Shown here one piece after another: positions 28,700-38,430 of a stretch of DNA of 64,000 bases (position 1 is the first letter of the stretch; each line of letters begins with the position of its first letter). Source of the stretch: an uncultured Lentisphaera sp. GTDB lineage: Bacteria > Verrucomicrobiota > Lentisphaeria > Victivallales > GWF2-50-93. A model generated the notes under the pieces. The model was not told the DNA's origin. It saw only the letters and a program-made list of their open reading frames with translations, and did no database searches. The stretch is taken from NCBI GenBank assembly GCA_964426675.1, contig CAYRRM010000002.1, positions 1-64,000 on the forward strand, given 5' to 3'. A program made the position numbers and the translations under genes.

Positions 28700-29425
28700 C
28701 TATTCTCCAAGTTGTTCTAATTTAACTTTCGCCATAAATTCCTCTACAAAGTTATCCATTGTAACAATCATTTGCCTTATAGTATTTGATAGTAAATTAT
28801 ATCCTATTAATGAGGGAATAGCAACTACTAATCCGACTACAGTTGTGAGTAAAGCTCCACTTATACCTGGAGCCATTGCGTTGATTTCTGCCTTGCCATG
28901 TATTGCCATTGCACAAAAGGCCATCATAATCCCCCATACAGTTCCAAACAAACCTAAAAGAGGACTTACACTTACTGCTGTTGAAAGAAAACCCATCTTG
29001 TCTTCAAGACGCACTATCTGATCTGCTACAGCTCTATCAAGAGTACTTCTTAAAGTTTCTATTTGTGCAGTAGAGAGTTTTTTTATTGGAATTTGTGTGC
29101 CATATTGTTCTGCAAACTCCAGCGGAATGCCGTAAAAAGCTAACAATTCATCTGCTCCAGCTTGATAAACCCTTGCAACGGGCCCCTTAATTTCCATGCT
29201 CTTTCTGTATAGAGATAAAGGAAACTTTTTCTCTCTAAAAAGCCACGAAAATAAAAGAGAATTCCTTTTTGCCCTGTAAAGCAATATACCCTTGTCAATC
29301 ATTATAGTCCAGGTAAAAATTGAAAATAGAATAAGTATCAACACTATCGCTTTTCCAACAGTATCTGACTGTTGATATGGATAATAAGGGCTAACATAAA
29401 TAGCTGGTATCATGAGTAATTTCAT
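28700..29425 (-). CDS. exbB: MotA/TolQ/ExbB proton-channel protein
   Basis: It has three TM helices and the conserved C-terminal TM2-3 region (GLFGTVWGIMMAF, ALLTTVVGL). Confidence 0.8.
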   Translation of the reverse strand: MKLLMIPAIYVSPYYPYQQSDTVGKAIVLILILFSIFTWTIMIDKGILLYRAKRNSLLFSWLFREKKFPLSLYRKSMEIKGPVARVYQAGADELLAFYGIPLEFAEQYGTQIPIKKLSTAQIETLRSTLDRAVADQIVRLEDKMGFLSTAVSVSPLLGLFGTVWGIMMAFCAMAIHGKAEINAMAPGISGALLTTVVGLVVAIPSLIGYNLLSNTIRQMIVTMDNFVEEFMAKVKLEQLGE

Positions 29426-29514
29426 TTTTGAAAGAATATCTCCAGTTTTTTTACGAATATTAACTTGAAAGAAAATAAATCAAGTATGAAATTTGTAATT
29501 TTAACACATTTGAA

Positions 29515-30252
29515 CTATTTTTTTCTTATATATACAGTTACTTTTGTGCCCACTCTTGGAACTCTCTCCGAAAAAATTTCAAGTACAGAATCATCAGTTG
29601 CATCATCGGAAGGATTATCTATAATCGTATTACCAAATGTCCATGTATTTGCTATATTTCCTTCTTCTTTTGCAAGACAAGTTCCATCATGAGTGAAATT
29701 TGAACCCACAAAAACCCAATCACTGAGTTGTCTTTCCTTTCCCGTCTTAATTTCTCGAATCCATTTTTCTACTGGAATCCTCTTCCCCCCTTCAGGTTCA
29801 ACTTCTATTTTTAGCAAGGTTCCTTGTTGTATATGGCCTCCAGGAGTTCTGAGACCATTTTCAGCCCCAATAAGCAAGAGCGCTATTTGCAAATCGAGTG
29901 GTTCTAAATTTGTAATCAATAAACTTTCATGGGCTCTACCACCCGGTATACAAATTAGAACTTCAATTTCTCCTGCTTTCAAATTTACCTCAGCAGGGAA
30001 TGAAATTTCCATTTTTTTTCGATCTATTTTTGCTAAACCTATTTTTATATTGCCATCTTCTAAGACTTCACCCCCTAATTTTTTCAACAAATTTATTTCC
30101 TGTTCAGACAGAGGAGGAAGTTCTGCCTCTTTTTTTTCGTTTATGTTAGTATTTTCTTCAGAGTGAATTGACTTACATCCACTGAACAAAATAGTTGATG
30201 CAAAAACTGCAAAAATAAAAAAATTTATAGAATTTTTACAAAATTTTTCCAT
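29515..30252 (-). CDS. lipoprotein, hypothetical
   Basis: A signal peptide with lipobox LFSGC is present. Confidence 0.5.
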   Translation of the reverse strand: MEKFCKNSINFFIFAVFASTILFSGCKSIHSEENTNINEKKEAELPPLSEQEINLLKKLGGEVLEDGNIKIGLAKIDRKKMEISFPAEVNLKAGEIEVLICIPGGRAHESLLITNLEPLDLQIALLLIGAENGLRTPGGHIQQGTLLKIEVEPEGGKRIPVEKWIREIKTGKERQLSDWVFVGSNFTHDGTCLAKEEGNIANTWTFGNTIIDNPSDDATDDSVLEIFSERVPRVGTKVTVYIRKK

Positions 30253-30477
30253 ATATTTGAAATTAAAAATTTTATCAATATACAGCGTGTATAACTTTTA
30301 TCAAAATCCAGTTTTTTTCTGAAAAATTTATTGTATTGTAAACCATAACTTCTAAAAAGCAATGCACTAAGTCATCATCTTTCCGATTTAACCTGTTTTT
30401 TCATAAAAAAATCTGAAAAGCACTAAAAAACACTGATATCTTTTTTAGAGGATGATTTTTTATACGCAATTTGTGAC

Positions 30478-30548
30478 ATTTCATTTTTTCACATTTTCCC
30501 TATGGGAAAAGTATTGTGTCCCAGCTTCGTTATCAACTTGCAGTAGTT
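30478..30548. repeat. R2 repeat copy B (CATTT...ATTTTTTC.CATTT...ATTGTGTCCCA...CAACTTGCAGTAGTT)
   Basis: About 80% identical to 50196-50282. Confidence 0.7.
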
Positions 30549-30781
30549 ACTCCTATCGCATCTCAGTCCCTCACTGCTATGATATCCTGGCTTCCTAAAA
30601 TATATTGAATAGCTTAACATCTTCATATCCTACAAGGTTATTACATAATACATTCTCTCTAAGAAATACATAGAAGCTCAGGAAATATTAGACTGTTCCA
30701 AAAAGAAAAAAATAAAAAATTGATTTATTTTGATAATCTACAGTTATATTATTTTTGTAACATTAAATGAGGGAGATCTCT

Positions 30782-33265
30782 ATGAAAAAACAAAATATTA
30801 TTCTAACTCCAACCCAATATTCATATTCTCCTCTGGAAAAAGTAAAAATTAGTGGAATAAAAGGTTTGAAATTAATTGTTTTAGATGGGAATGGAGATGA
30901 ATACATCAGGTTTGAAAAATTGTCATCAAATGAAGTTGATTTTTTCTGTGGAGCTACCGCTGGCATACAAACGATTTTAATCTATGATAATGAGATATTG
31001 CTAAAAAGAATAAAAATAAGGGTAATAGTTAAAACGGAAATCATTGATAGCAAAAAAAAGTTTTCACGATTATTAGACAATTTATTTTTAACTATGTGTA
31101 GATCATGTGGAGGAGATGGTGCCCAGTTTATACAGGTCAATGGAAAAATTTATAATTATTTCATCCGCTGGTTAAGAGATCATACCCATACTCTAAAAGG
31201 AATGAAGTATTTTTACCCTTTGATAAAACAAGGATTAGAAATTTATGCTGATACTCAAAGAAAAGATGGCATGCTATTTGAACGGATAGCTCCCAAAAAA
31301 AAAGATGTTCAGGGATGGAGAGATTACACATTCAAAGAAGGGAACTTTATAAAGACTGTTTACTCTAATGACAATAAGACAGGTATCCCATATACGCTTC
31401 AGAGAATTCCAGTAGAAAATGATGTAGAATATCTTTTTATAGAATGCCTTTACTATACCTGGAAAGCTACAGGAGACACCTTATGGATGAGCAAATATCT
31501 CGACCATTGTATAAAAGCGGTGCATTATTCTACAACAAACAAATTCCGATGGAGTAAAAAATATGGACTATTGAAACGTGCATATACTATTGATACCTGG
31601 GATTTTATACATAGTGATGACGGAAAATATACTCTTGGAGACAACTGTTTTGACAAAAACAGGACTGTCTTTGGAATAATGTTTGGGGATAATACAGGAA
31701 TGGCAATGTCATGCAAATATCTTTCAGAAATGTTAGAATATGTAGGGAGAAAAAAAGAAGCTAAAAAATATAAAAATTTATCTAAAAAACTCCTTGCAAA
31801 TCTCGAAAAAATTTCATGGAATGGGAAGTTCTACAAACATCACGTCAGTGAGGATCCTTCCTTTAAGAGAGACGTTGGAAATACAAATGAAAATGAACAG
31901 GTTACTTTGTCAAATGCGTATTCAATAAATAGAGATATTGGACTTGATAAAAGCATTGCGATTATCAATACATACAAAAACATAAGAAAAAATATGCCAA
32001 AGAATAGCCCTGGTGAATTTTACAACTGTTATCCTCCATTTGAAAAAGGATTTGGAGAACACAATTCAATATGGCAATATATGAATGGAGGAGTTTCAAC
32101 TATTGTTGCAGGAGAACTTGCAAGAGGAGCATTTCTGTGCGGAGAAGAAGAATATGCTATCGATATAATGAATAGAATTTTAAATCTAGCCGACAAATAT
32201 AATGGGCATCTGCATGTTTGTTTTAATGGTAACCCTCAAAAAAAAGCTCCTGACAGGAATTTTGACTGCTTAGACCTTGCGGATTTCGCGAACGTAAGCA
32301 CAAAATGGCGTAAAGAAGCAGGTTGGGGTGAAAAAGGCAATGATTTATCTAATTTACCCACCGGTAGAAAAACTTTTTTAGAAATTCCTTTTCTTCTCAG
32401 AGAAAAAGGAATAGGATTATCTGAATTTCGTTCTGGTTACCATAAAGAAATATCATTACCTTTAGAAAAAAAATTTTCTTCTCTATACCTCTTACATACG
32501 TTTTCAGGACATGGGACAATAATAGCCGAATTAACGTTATACTATAGTGATAATACCTCGGAATCTGTTTACATTCAGAATAAAAAAAATATAGGAAATT
32601 GGTTTATGCCAGATTCGGAGGAAATTGCACATATGTGTCATGAGCCCAAATTGGAAAAGGGTTGGCCTGAATATCAGATTGCCTGGAGAGGTTCAAGTGG
32701 AAAATTTGATAATGTTGGTATTTATATATGGGGATTAGATAACCCTCACCCTGAGAAAGAAGTATCTAAAATCTCTTTTAGCATTATGAAAAATAATACA
32801 GCTTATCTTGTATCAGGAATTACTTTATCAGATAAACCCGTCTGGTTTCAACAAAGTGAACTTTCTTTTGGCATTCCAGATGCATGGGGCGCTGCAGCTA
32901 TAGTTTATTCGTTGATTGAAGGGCTTTCCGGAGTTACAGATAAAGGAATAGCCTTTGATAATGTCGAAATATCCCCAAGATGGGGATTTTTTGAAGAAAA
33001 AAAAGTCAAAGTATCTGTAACATACCCAGCTTCGAATGGTTATGTAACATATCTATGGGAAAAAAACTTAGACGAAGAGAAATTAATTTTTACTACATCT
33101 GCAGAAAAATCACTTATAAGACTACCTTTAACTAATAAAAAACATAAAAATTTATTCGTTAACGGAAAACCTGTAAAATTTAACATTATCAAAATTAATG
33201 AGAAACTTTATATTGAAGCAAATATTTACAAAAAGGGCGTCCACAAATTAGTATTGAGTCCTTGA
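30782..33265 (+). CDS. large hypothetical protein, possible (alpha/alpha)6-barrel glycoside-hydrolase-like
   Basis: The 827-aa product starts at the ATG at 30782, with GAGGGAG 6 nt upstream. No confident family. Confidence 0.3.
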   Translation: MKKQNIILTPTQYSYSPLEKVKISGIKGLKLIVLDGNGDEYIRFEKLSSNEVDFFCGATAGIQTILIYDNEILLKRIKIRVIVKTEIIDSKKKFSRLLDNLFLTMCRSCGGDGAQFIQVNGKIYNYFIRWLRDHTHTLKGMKYFYPLIKQGLEIYADTQRKDGMLFERIAPKKKDVQGWRDYTFKEGNFIKTVYSNDNKTGIPYTLQRIPVENDVEYLFIECLYYTWKATGDTLWMSKYLDHCIKAVHYSTTNKFRWSKKYGLLKRAYTIDTWDFIHSDDGKYTLGDNCFDKNRTVFGIMFGDNTGMAMSCKYLSEMLEYVGRKKEAKKYKNLSKKLLANLEKISWNGKFYKHHVSEDPSFKRDVGNTNENEQVTLSNAYSINRDIGLDKSIAIINTYKNIRKNMPKNSPGEFYNCYPPFEKGFGEHNSIWQYMNGGVSTIVAGELARGAFLCGEEEYAIDIMNRILNLADKYNGHLHVCFNGNPQKKAPDRNFDCLDLADFANVSTKWRKEAGWGEKGNDLSNLPTGRKTFLEIPFLLREKGIGLSEFRSGYHKEISLPLEKKFSSLYLLHTFSGHGTIIAELTLYYSDNTSESVYIQNKKNIGNWFMPDSEEIAHMCHEPKLEKGWPEYQIAWRGSSGKFDNVGIYIWGLDNPHPEKEVSKISFSIMKNNTAYLVSGITLSDKPVWFQQSELSFGIPDAWGAAAIVYSLIEGLSGVTDKGIAFDNVEISPRWGFFEEKKVKVSVTYPASNGYVTYLWEKNLDEEKLIFTTSAEKSLIRLPLTNKKHKNLFVNGKPVKFNIIKINEKLYIEANIYKKGVHKLVLSP

Positions 33266-33322
33266 AATTATAGAAAAGAGAGATATATTCCCGAATGTTA
33301 TTTTATTTATGAGGCTATTGCG

Positions 33323-34258
33323 ATGGAATTTGTAATTGAAGCAGAAAATTTAAGTAAAACATATGGCTCTTTTTTCTGGAAACAAAAGAAACCTGCATTA
33401 AATAAGTTAAATTTACAAATTCCCAAAGGTATTATTTATGGTTTTCTCGGACCCAATGGGGCTGGCAAGACAACTACCATAAAGTTAATTATGGACTTAA
33501 TAAGGCCAACTGAAGGCAAAGTACTTATTTTTGGTAAAGAACCTTCAGACACAGAATTGAAAAAACAACTCGGCTTTCTTCCAGATTACCCGGCTTTCAG
33601 CACTTATTTGACAGCCAGAGAATTCCTTAGCATCTGTGCTAAATTACTCCAGATTCCGCCTTTAGAACGCTCTACAAGGATTGAAGAGGTTCTTGATATT
33701 GTGAAAATGACAAAACATGCCGATACAAAACTTGGAGGTTTTTCAAGAGGTATGTTGCAGAGAATTGGCATTGCACAGGCTATCTTGAATAAACCAAGCC
33801 TTTTAATTCTTGATGAACCTCTTACCGGACTTGATCCTCACGGGAGGCAAGAATTGATGCAGATTATTTCTGAACAGAAGAAAAAGGGTATCAATGTTTT
33901 CTTTTCAAGCCATATTCTTTACGATGTTGAAAAAATCTGCGATTATATTGGAATTCTAAATGAAGGTGAACTGTTATGTTCAGGCCCCATAGAGTCTCTT
34001 TTATCAGAATCTGGGGCAAGAGTCCATGTAAAACATGGAGAAAACGAGATTGCACATATGCTGATGGATGATGCTACCGGAAGCGTTAAACTGCCTGATG
34101 GCAGTTGGGACTTTGTTTTTCCTGCAAAACCAGAGATAAAAAAGAAACTTGAAGATTTTCAAAATAAATACCCTTCTTCTTTAACAATTACCCCTTCTAG
34201 AGAAAAACTTGAAGATTTTTTCTTCCGAAAGATTGAAAATTCCAAAAACATAATATAA
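33323..34258 (+). CDS. ABC transporter ATP-binding protein
   Basis: Walker A is GPNGAGKTT, the signature is FSRGMLQRIGIAQA and Walker B is LLILDEPLTGLD. Confidence 0.9.
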   Translation: MEFVIEAENLSKTYGSFFWKQKKPALNKLNLQIPKGIIYGFLGPNGAGKTTTIKLIMDLIRPTEGKVLIFGKEPSDTELKKQLGFLPDYPAFSTYLTAREFLSICAKLLQIPPLERSTRIEEVLDIVKMTKHADTKLGGFSRGMLQRIGIAQAILNKPSLLILDEPLTGLDPHGRQELMQIISEQKKKGINVFFSSHILYDVEKICDYIGILNEGELLCSGPIESLLSESGARVHVKHGENEIAHMLMDDATGSVKLPDGSWDFVFPAKPEIKKKLEDFQNKYPSSLTITPSREKLEDFFFRKIENSKNII

Positions 34259-34302
34259 ATTATAAAGTTTTTATTTACATATATAAATCTATGGAGGAAA
34301 AA

Positions 34303-35031
34303 ATGAGTGAAATTATGGCAATTGCCAGTAGTACCTGGCGTCGCATTCTCAGAATGAAGTCAGTGTATTTCCTGATACTCTGCACTATCATTTTGATTGC
34401 ATGCGCTTATAACTACGATGTGCTCTCTATTGGGAGACATAAAGAACTAATGATGAACGTATCTCTCTTTCTCAATACTATCGCGGCAGTAATCGTTGCA
34501 ATTTCATTAACATTTGAGTTACCCAAAGATATAAAAAGCGGAGTCGCTTCGACTTTACTTTCAAAACCTCTGGGCAGAACTCAGTATTTAATAGGAAAAC
34601 TTGTTGGCACAATAATTACAGGTGTTATCATTTGCGCATTAATTACTGTTGGCTTTTCATTTGTATTTAATACATTCTTTGAAAAAACGCCAATTTCAAT
34701 GATTCAAGGACACATTATGATAATTGCCTCTTTATTGCCGATGTGTGCGATAGCCTTACTTTTTTCAGTGCTTCTACCGGAATCAATTGCTGCGATAGTG
34801 GCAGCAATAATTATTGCTCTATCTTTTTCCGCCACTAAGTTAAGCGCTATTAAGTATATATATGGCGGAATTATTCCAGATTTAAATTTGTTTGATCTGA
34901 GGGGAGAAGCAGTTTGGGGAGCAAATATTAGCGTTACCTATATGCTACTCACTATTGTATGGGGAATAGTTTTTTGTGTATTTGCTTCTACTCTTGCAAG
35001 TTTAATATTCGGTTATAAGGACCTTAAATAA
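34303..35031 (+). CDS. ABC-2-type permease
   Basis: Six TM helices are predicted. A GGAGG RBS lies 5 nt before the ATG at 34303. Confidence 0.65.
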   Translation: MSEIMAIASSTWRRILRMKSVYFLILCTIILIACAYNYDVLSIGRHKELMMNVSLFLNTIAAVIVAISLTFELPKDIKSGVASTLLSKPLGRTQYLIGKLVGTIITGVIICALITVGFSFVFNTFFEKTPISMIQGHIMIIASLLPMCAIALLFSVLLPESIAAIVAAIIIALSFSATKLSAIKYIYGGIIPDLNLFDLRGEAVWGANISVTYMLLTIVWGIVFCVFASTLASLIFGYKDLK

Positions 35032-35042
35032 GGGGGGATGAA

Positions 35043-36011
35043 ATGAAAAAAAAGTCTTTAATAATACATATCGTTCTAATAATTGTAAGTGTAGTGGTAG
35101 GCGGAAAAATAGCTTCAACTCTCGTTAATGAGCAAGGTAAAATATGTATATCAAAACCATTCGAAAATAATAGAAACTTTTTTGGTGTAAATAGATTTGC
35201 TGCAGATGTTCAGTGGATGCTGTTTGTAAATTACTGCGGAACAATTAACAGCGTTAATGCGGAGAATGCCCCAATCATTTATAAAAAAGTAATGAGTATA
35301 ATACAGAATAATCCTGATTTTGAACAGGCGTATGAAATTGGGAGTCTAATGTTGTCTGTTGAAACACCAGAAAAAGCTGTTGAGATTTTAAAGAGAGCTT
35401 GTGATAATCCAAGGCTAAATAGAAATTGGGAGTTGCCATTTTTAGCTGGTTTCATAGTATCCCATCATATGAAAGATAAAAAAATTGAAGGTAAAGTAAA
35501 GAAAGAGGATTTAGCTGAATATTTCTTTAGCCTTGCAGCTCAGAGATCATCTCCCCCAGAGCCACATGTAATTTCTTCATATATGCGAGCAAAAGCCCAA
35601 AAACTAATCGGTAAAAAATGGAGAGGAATTCAGGTTACAAGCGACAGACAAGCATTTCTGTGTGCACTCATTGATACTCATCTTGAAAATACAATCCGAC
35701 CAGAAGGAGCTTATGCATCTTCATTTAATATAACTTCATTTGGGAAAATGACTATTATCGAGAAAATTCTATCTGTTGCTCAATCTTTAAAAGAAGAAGA
35801 AAAAGATAATCAAAATGTAACAGCAACTATAGATAAAATGAAAGAGTTGGTTTTCAAAAATTCACATATTTGTGAACAATGCCTTACCCCATATGGTCCT
35901 GGAGAAAAATACTGTTCATCATGTGGTGCAAAAGTAGAAGTTTATGGAACTTGTAGTAAATGTGGTGCAGTGAAAAAAGGTAAATATTGCAGCAATTGTG
36001 GAGCTGAGTAA
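35043..36011 (+). CDS. membrane-anchored protein with C-terminal double zinc ribbon (DZR-like)
   Basis: An N-terminal signal-anchor is followed at the C-terminus by CEQC...CSSCG...CSKCG...CSNCG. Confidence 0.55.
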   Translation: MKKKSLIIHIVLIIVSVVVGGKIASTLVNEQGKICISKPFENNRNFFGVNRFAADVQWMLFVNYCGTINSVNAENAPIIYKKVMSIIQNNPDFEQAYEIGSLMLSVETPEKAVEILKRACDNPRLNRNWELPFLAGFIVSHHMKDKKIEGKVKKEDLAEYFFSLAAQRSSPPEPHVISSYMRAKAQKLIGKKWRGIQVTSDRQAFLCALIDTHLENTIRPEGAYASSFNITSFGKMTIIEKILSVAQSLKEEEKDNQNVTATIDKMKELVFKNSHICEQCLTPYGPGEKYCSSCGAKVEVYGTCSKCGAVKKGKYCSNCGAE

Positions 36012-36720
36012 ATTAAATATAAAAATTAACAAAAGGGCTTTCGGTCTAATGATCGGAGCCCTTTTGATTTTATTTCTTTCTGAAGCTATACTTAGAGAAG
36101 CTTCAGTTGCTTCTCTCAAAACTAAGGAAAAAGATCTCGATAGTATTCTTGCTTCAGTTCCCTCTTTTTTAAGAGGAAGAATTAAATCACGCATTGAAAT
36201 GATGCAGTTAAGAGATGCTGTAACACAGGCCAAAACTGATCAGGAAAAAATTAATGCCCTCTCTGCTCTTGCTGCTTATATCAAGGACGAGGATGAAAAA
36301 GAAAAATTGTATTTAGAAATATTAAAACTCCCCAGAATGGTTCAATCATATCCTGCAATGATATTTTTCCTCGAAAAAGATATTTCAAAACATAAAATTT
36401 CAATTGAAGAATATCACAATTTTATATTTAATTGTCCTACGTTAAACCGTTATTCATTATGGTCAATTGGCTTACAGGAACTTAAAGATAAAAAAAAAGA
36501 AAGAGACATTCAGTTAAAATATCTTATGCCTTTGCTTTCCATAAAACCAGACTTTTACGATTATAAACAACTTTATAGGACTATATATGAACTTGCTGTG
36601 AGATTGGATGATAAAGAAACTGCAAAAAAAGCAGACGAATTGTCTATTATATGTGAGGAATTGCCAACCATCTTTGAAGAAACGGAAAGAATTGAAAAAG
36701 AAAAAATGTCTTCAAAATGA
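35998..36720 (+). CDS. membrane-anchored hypothetical protein
   Basis: It overlaps the neighbouring genes at both ends, which suggests translational coupling. Confidence 0.45.
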   Translation: MELSKLNIKINKRAFGLMIGALLILFLSEAILREASVASLKTKEKDLDSILASVPSFLRGRIKSRIEMMQLRDAVTQAKTDQEKINALSALAAYIKDEDEKEKLYLEILKLPRMVQSYPAMIFFLEKDISKHKISIEEYHNFIFNCPTLNRYSLWSIGLQELKDKKKERDIQLKYLMPLLSIKPDFYDYKQLYRTIYELAVRLDDKETAKKADELSIICEELPTIFEETERIEKEKMSSK

Positions 36721-37505
36721 AAAAAGTATTTGCAATTGCTGAATTTACTATCAGAAAAGTAGAAGAACCTGCATTTATTATTCTTCTGGCGTTTGGCGTA
36801 ATATGTGGTTATTTTGTTTCGGAAATGGAAGTTTTTAATTTAGGAAAAGAATACTTACAAATAGAAGCTTTTTCATCTCAATCAGAACAGGCATTACCAC
36901 TCCTTGGAGGATTTGTTGTCCTAATTATGCTTACTCTTTTACTTTCCACTTTTTATGGGGCAACAGATGTCCCTAGAGAAATAGAGTCTGGAATAACAAT
37001 GCTTCTGCTTGGAAAACCAATTTCAAGAACTGAATTTCTCCTTGGTAAATACCTGGGAATTGTCTGTATATCGTTGCTTTTTTATTTCCTTTCATCTATT
37101 GCTCTTGTTGTTGGACACTTTTTCAAAACTGGTCAGTTTTTGGCTATAAACCTGATTTTGCGTCAATTATTATTAATTCTCTTGATATTTCCACTAACAG
37201 CACTCAACATAACCTTCTCATGTTTTTTTAATGACCTAAGTGCTATTATTATTTCAGCAATATACTTACTCTTTTCACTTGCAGCCTCCTTAATCCCAAT
37301 TGCACTAACTCTTATTCCAAAAAGTGCTGGTATAGATATCTGGCTGAATTTGATATATTATTTATTTCCAAATCTATTCTTTTTCCTGCTTCCTTCTAAA
37401 ATACCAGGCGTCATATTCATCTCAATGATATTATATGCTATCTCATTATCTCTTTGTTTTCTCTTTATTGCTTCTGTTAAATTTGAAAACAAGGACTTAA
37501 TTTAA
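36717..37505 (+). CDS. ABC-2-type permease-like membrane protein
   Basis: It is polytopic and completes the putative ABC operon. Confidence 0.55.
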   Translation: MKKVFAIAEFTIRKVEEPAFIILLAFGVICGYFVSEMEVFNLGKEYLQIEAFSSQSEQALPLLGGFVVLIMLTLLLSTFYGATDVPREIESGITMLLLGKPISRTEFLLGKYLGIVCISLLFYFLSSIALVVGHFFKTGQFLAINLILRQLLLILLIFPLTALNITFSCFFNDLSAIIISAIYLLFSLAASLIPIALTLIPKSAGIDIWLNLIYYLFPNLFFFLLPSKIPGVIFISMILYAISLSLCFLFIASVKFENKDLI

Positions 37506-37509
37506 AAAT

Positions 37510-38391
37510 ATGACTAAAATACTTAATTTAGGCTCGCTAAATATTGACTACGTATATTTCGTTGATAATTTCGTTAAACCAGGTGAGACAATGTCAAGCA
37601 TTACCTTGTCCAAATTTGCTGGAGGAAAAGGATTAAATCAATCTATTGCCCTTGCAAATGCCGGCGCAAAAGTCTTTCACGTCGGAAAAACAGGGAAAGA
37701 AGCCAAATTCCTTATAAATACTCTAAAAAAATCCTCCGTAAATTGCTCCTTTATAGAACTTTCAAATGATGAAAGTGGACATGCCATTATTCAGGTCAAT
37801 AAAAAAGGCGAAAATTGTATTATAATCCACGGTGGTACAAATAAAACAATAAATATCAAATTATTAAAAATGGCTTTTGCGAATTTCGCAGAAGGAGACT
37901 TCTTTCTAACTCAAAATGAAACTAATTTAATCTCGGAAGCATTCAATATAGCGAAAAAAAAGAAAATGAAAATTGTATTTAATCCGGCACCCATAACAAA
38001 AGATATCAAGAAATACCCTCTTGATATGGTCGATATCCTGATCCTGAATGAAAGCGAATTAGAAAAACTTTTTGGAAAAATACAAAATTTCAAAAAACTT
38101 ATTGATATTAGAAAAAAATTCAATTTTGAAACAATAATTTTAACCCTCGGAGCAAAAGGCGCAGTAATTTGTGAACAAAACAACTTGCATTTTGAACCAG
38201 CCGTGAAAGTAAAAACTGTAGATACAACAGCAGCAGGCGATACTTTTGTCGGCTTCTTCATCGCCCAAAAAATGCAGGGAAAAAACTCTCTGGAAGCTGT
38301 CAAAATAGCAGTAAAAGCTTCCGCAATATGCGTCCAAAAAAAAGGAGCCTCTAACTCTATACCTAAACTAAAAGAAGTAATTCTCTCGTAA
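37510..38391 (+). CDS. rbsK: ribokinase
   Basis: FAGGKGLNQSIALANAGA (GGKGxNQ) and DTTAAGDTFVGFF motifs are present. Confidence 0.7.
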   Translation: MTKILNLGSLNIDYVYFVDNFVKPGETMSSITLSKFAGGKGLNQSIALANAGAKVFHVGKTGKEAKFLINTLKKSSVNCSFIELSNDESGHAIIQVNKKGENCIIIHGGTNKTINIKLLKMAFANFAEGDFFLTQNETNLISEAFNIAKKKKMKIVFNPAPITKDIKKYPLDMVDILILNESELEKLFGKIQNFKKLIDIRKKFNFETIILTLGAKGAVICEQNNLHFEPAVKVKTVDTTAAGDTFVGFFIAQKMQGKNSLEAVKIAVKASAICVQKKGASNSIPKLKEVILS

Positions 38392-38430
38392 ATATAGCGT
38401 CAAAAACTACTCTCTTTTTCCGTCAAAATA

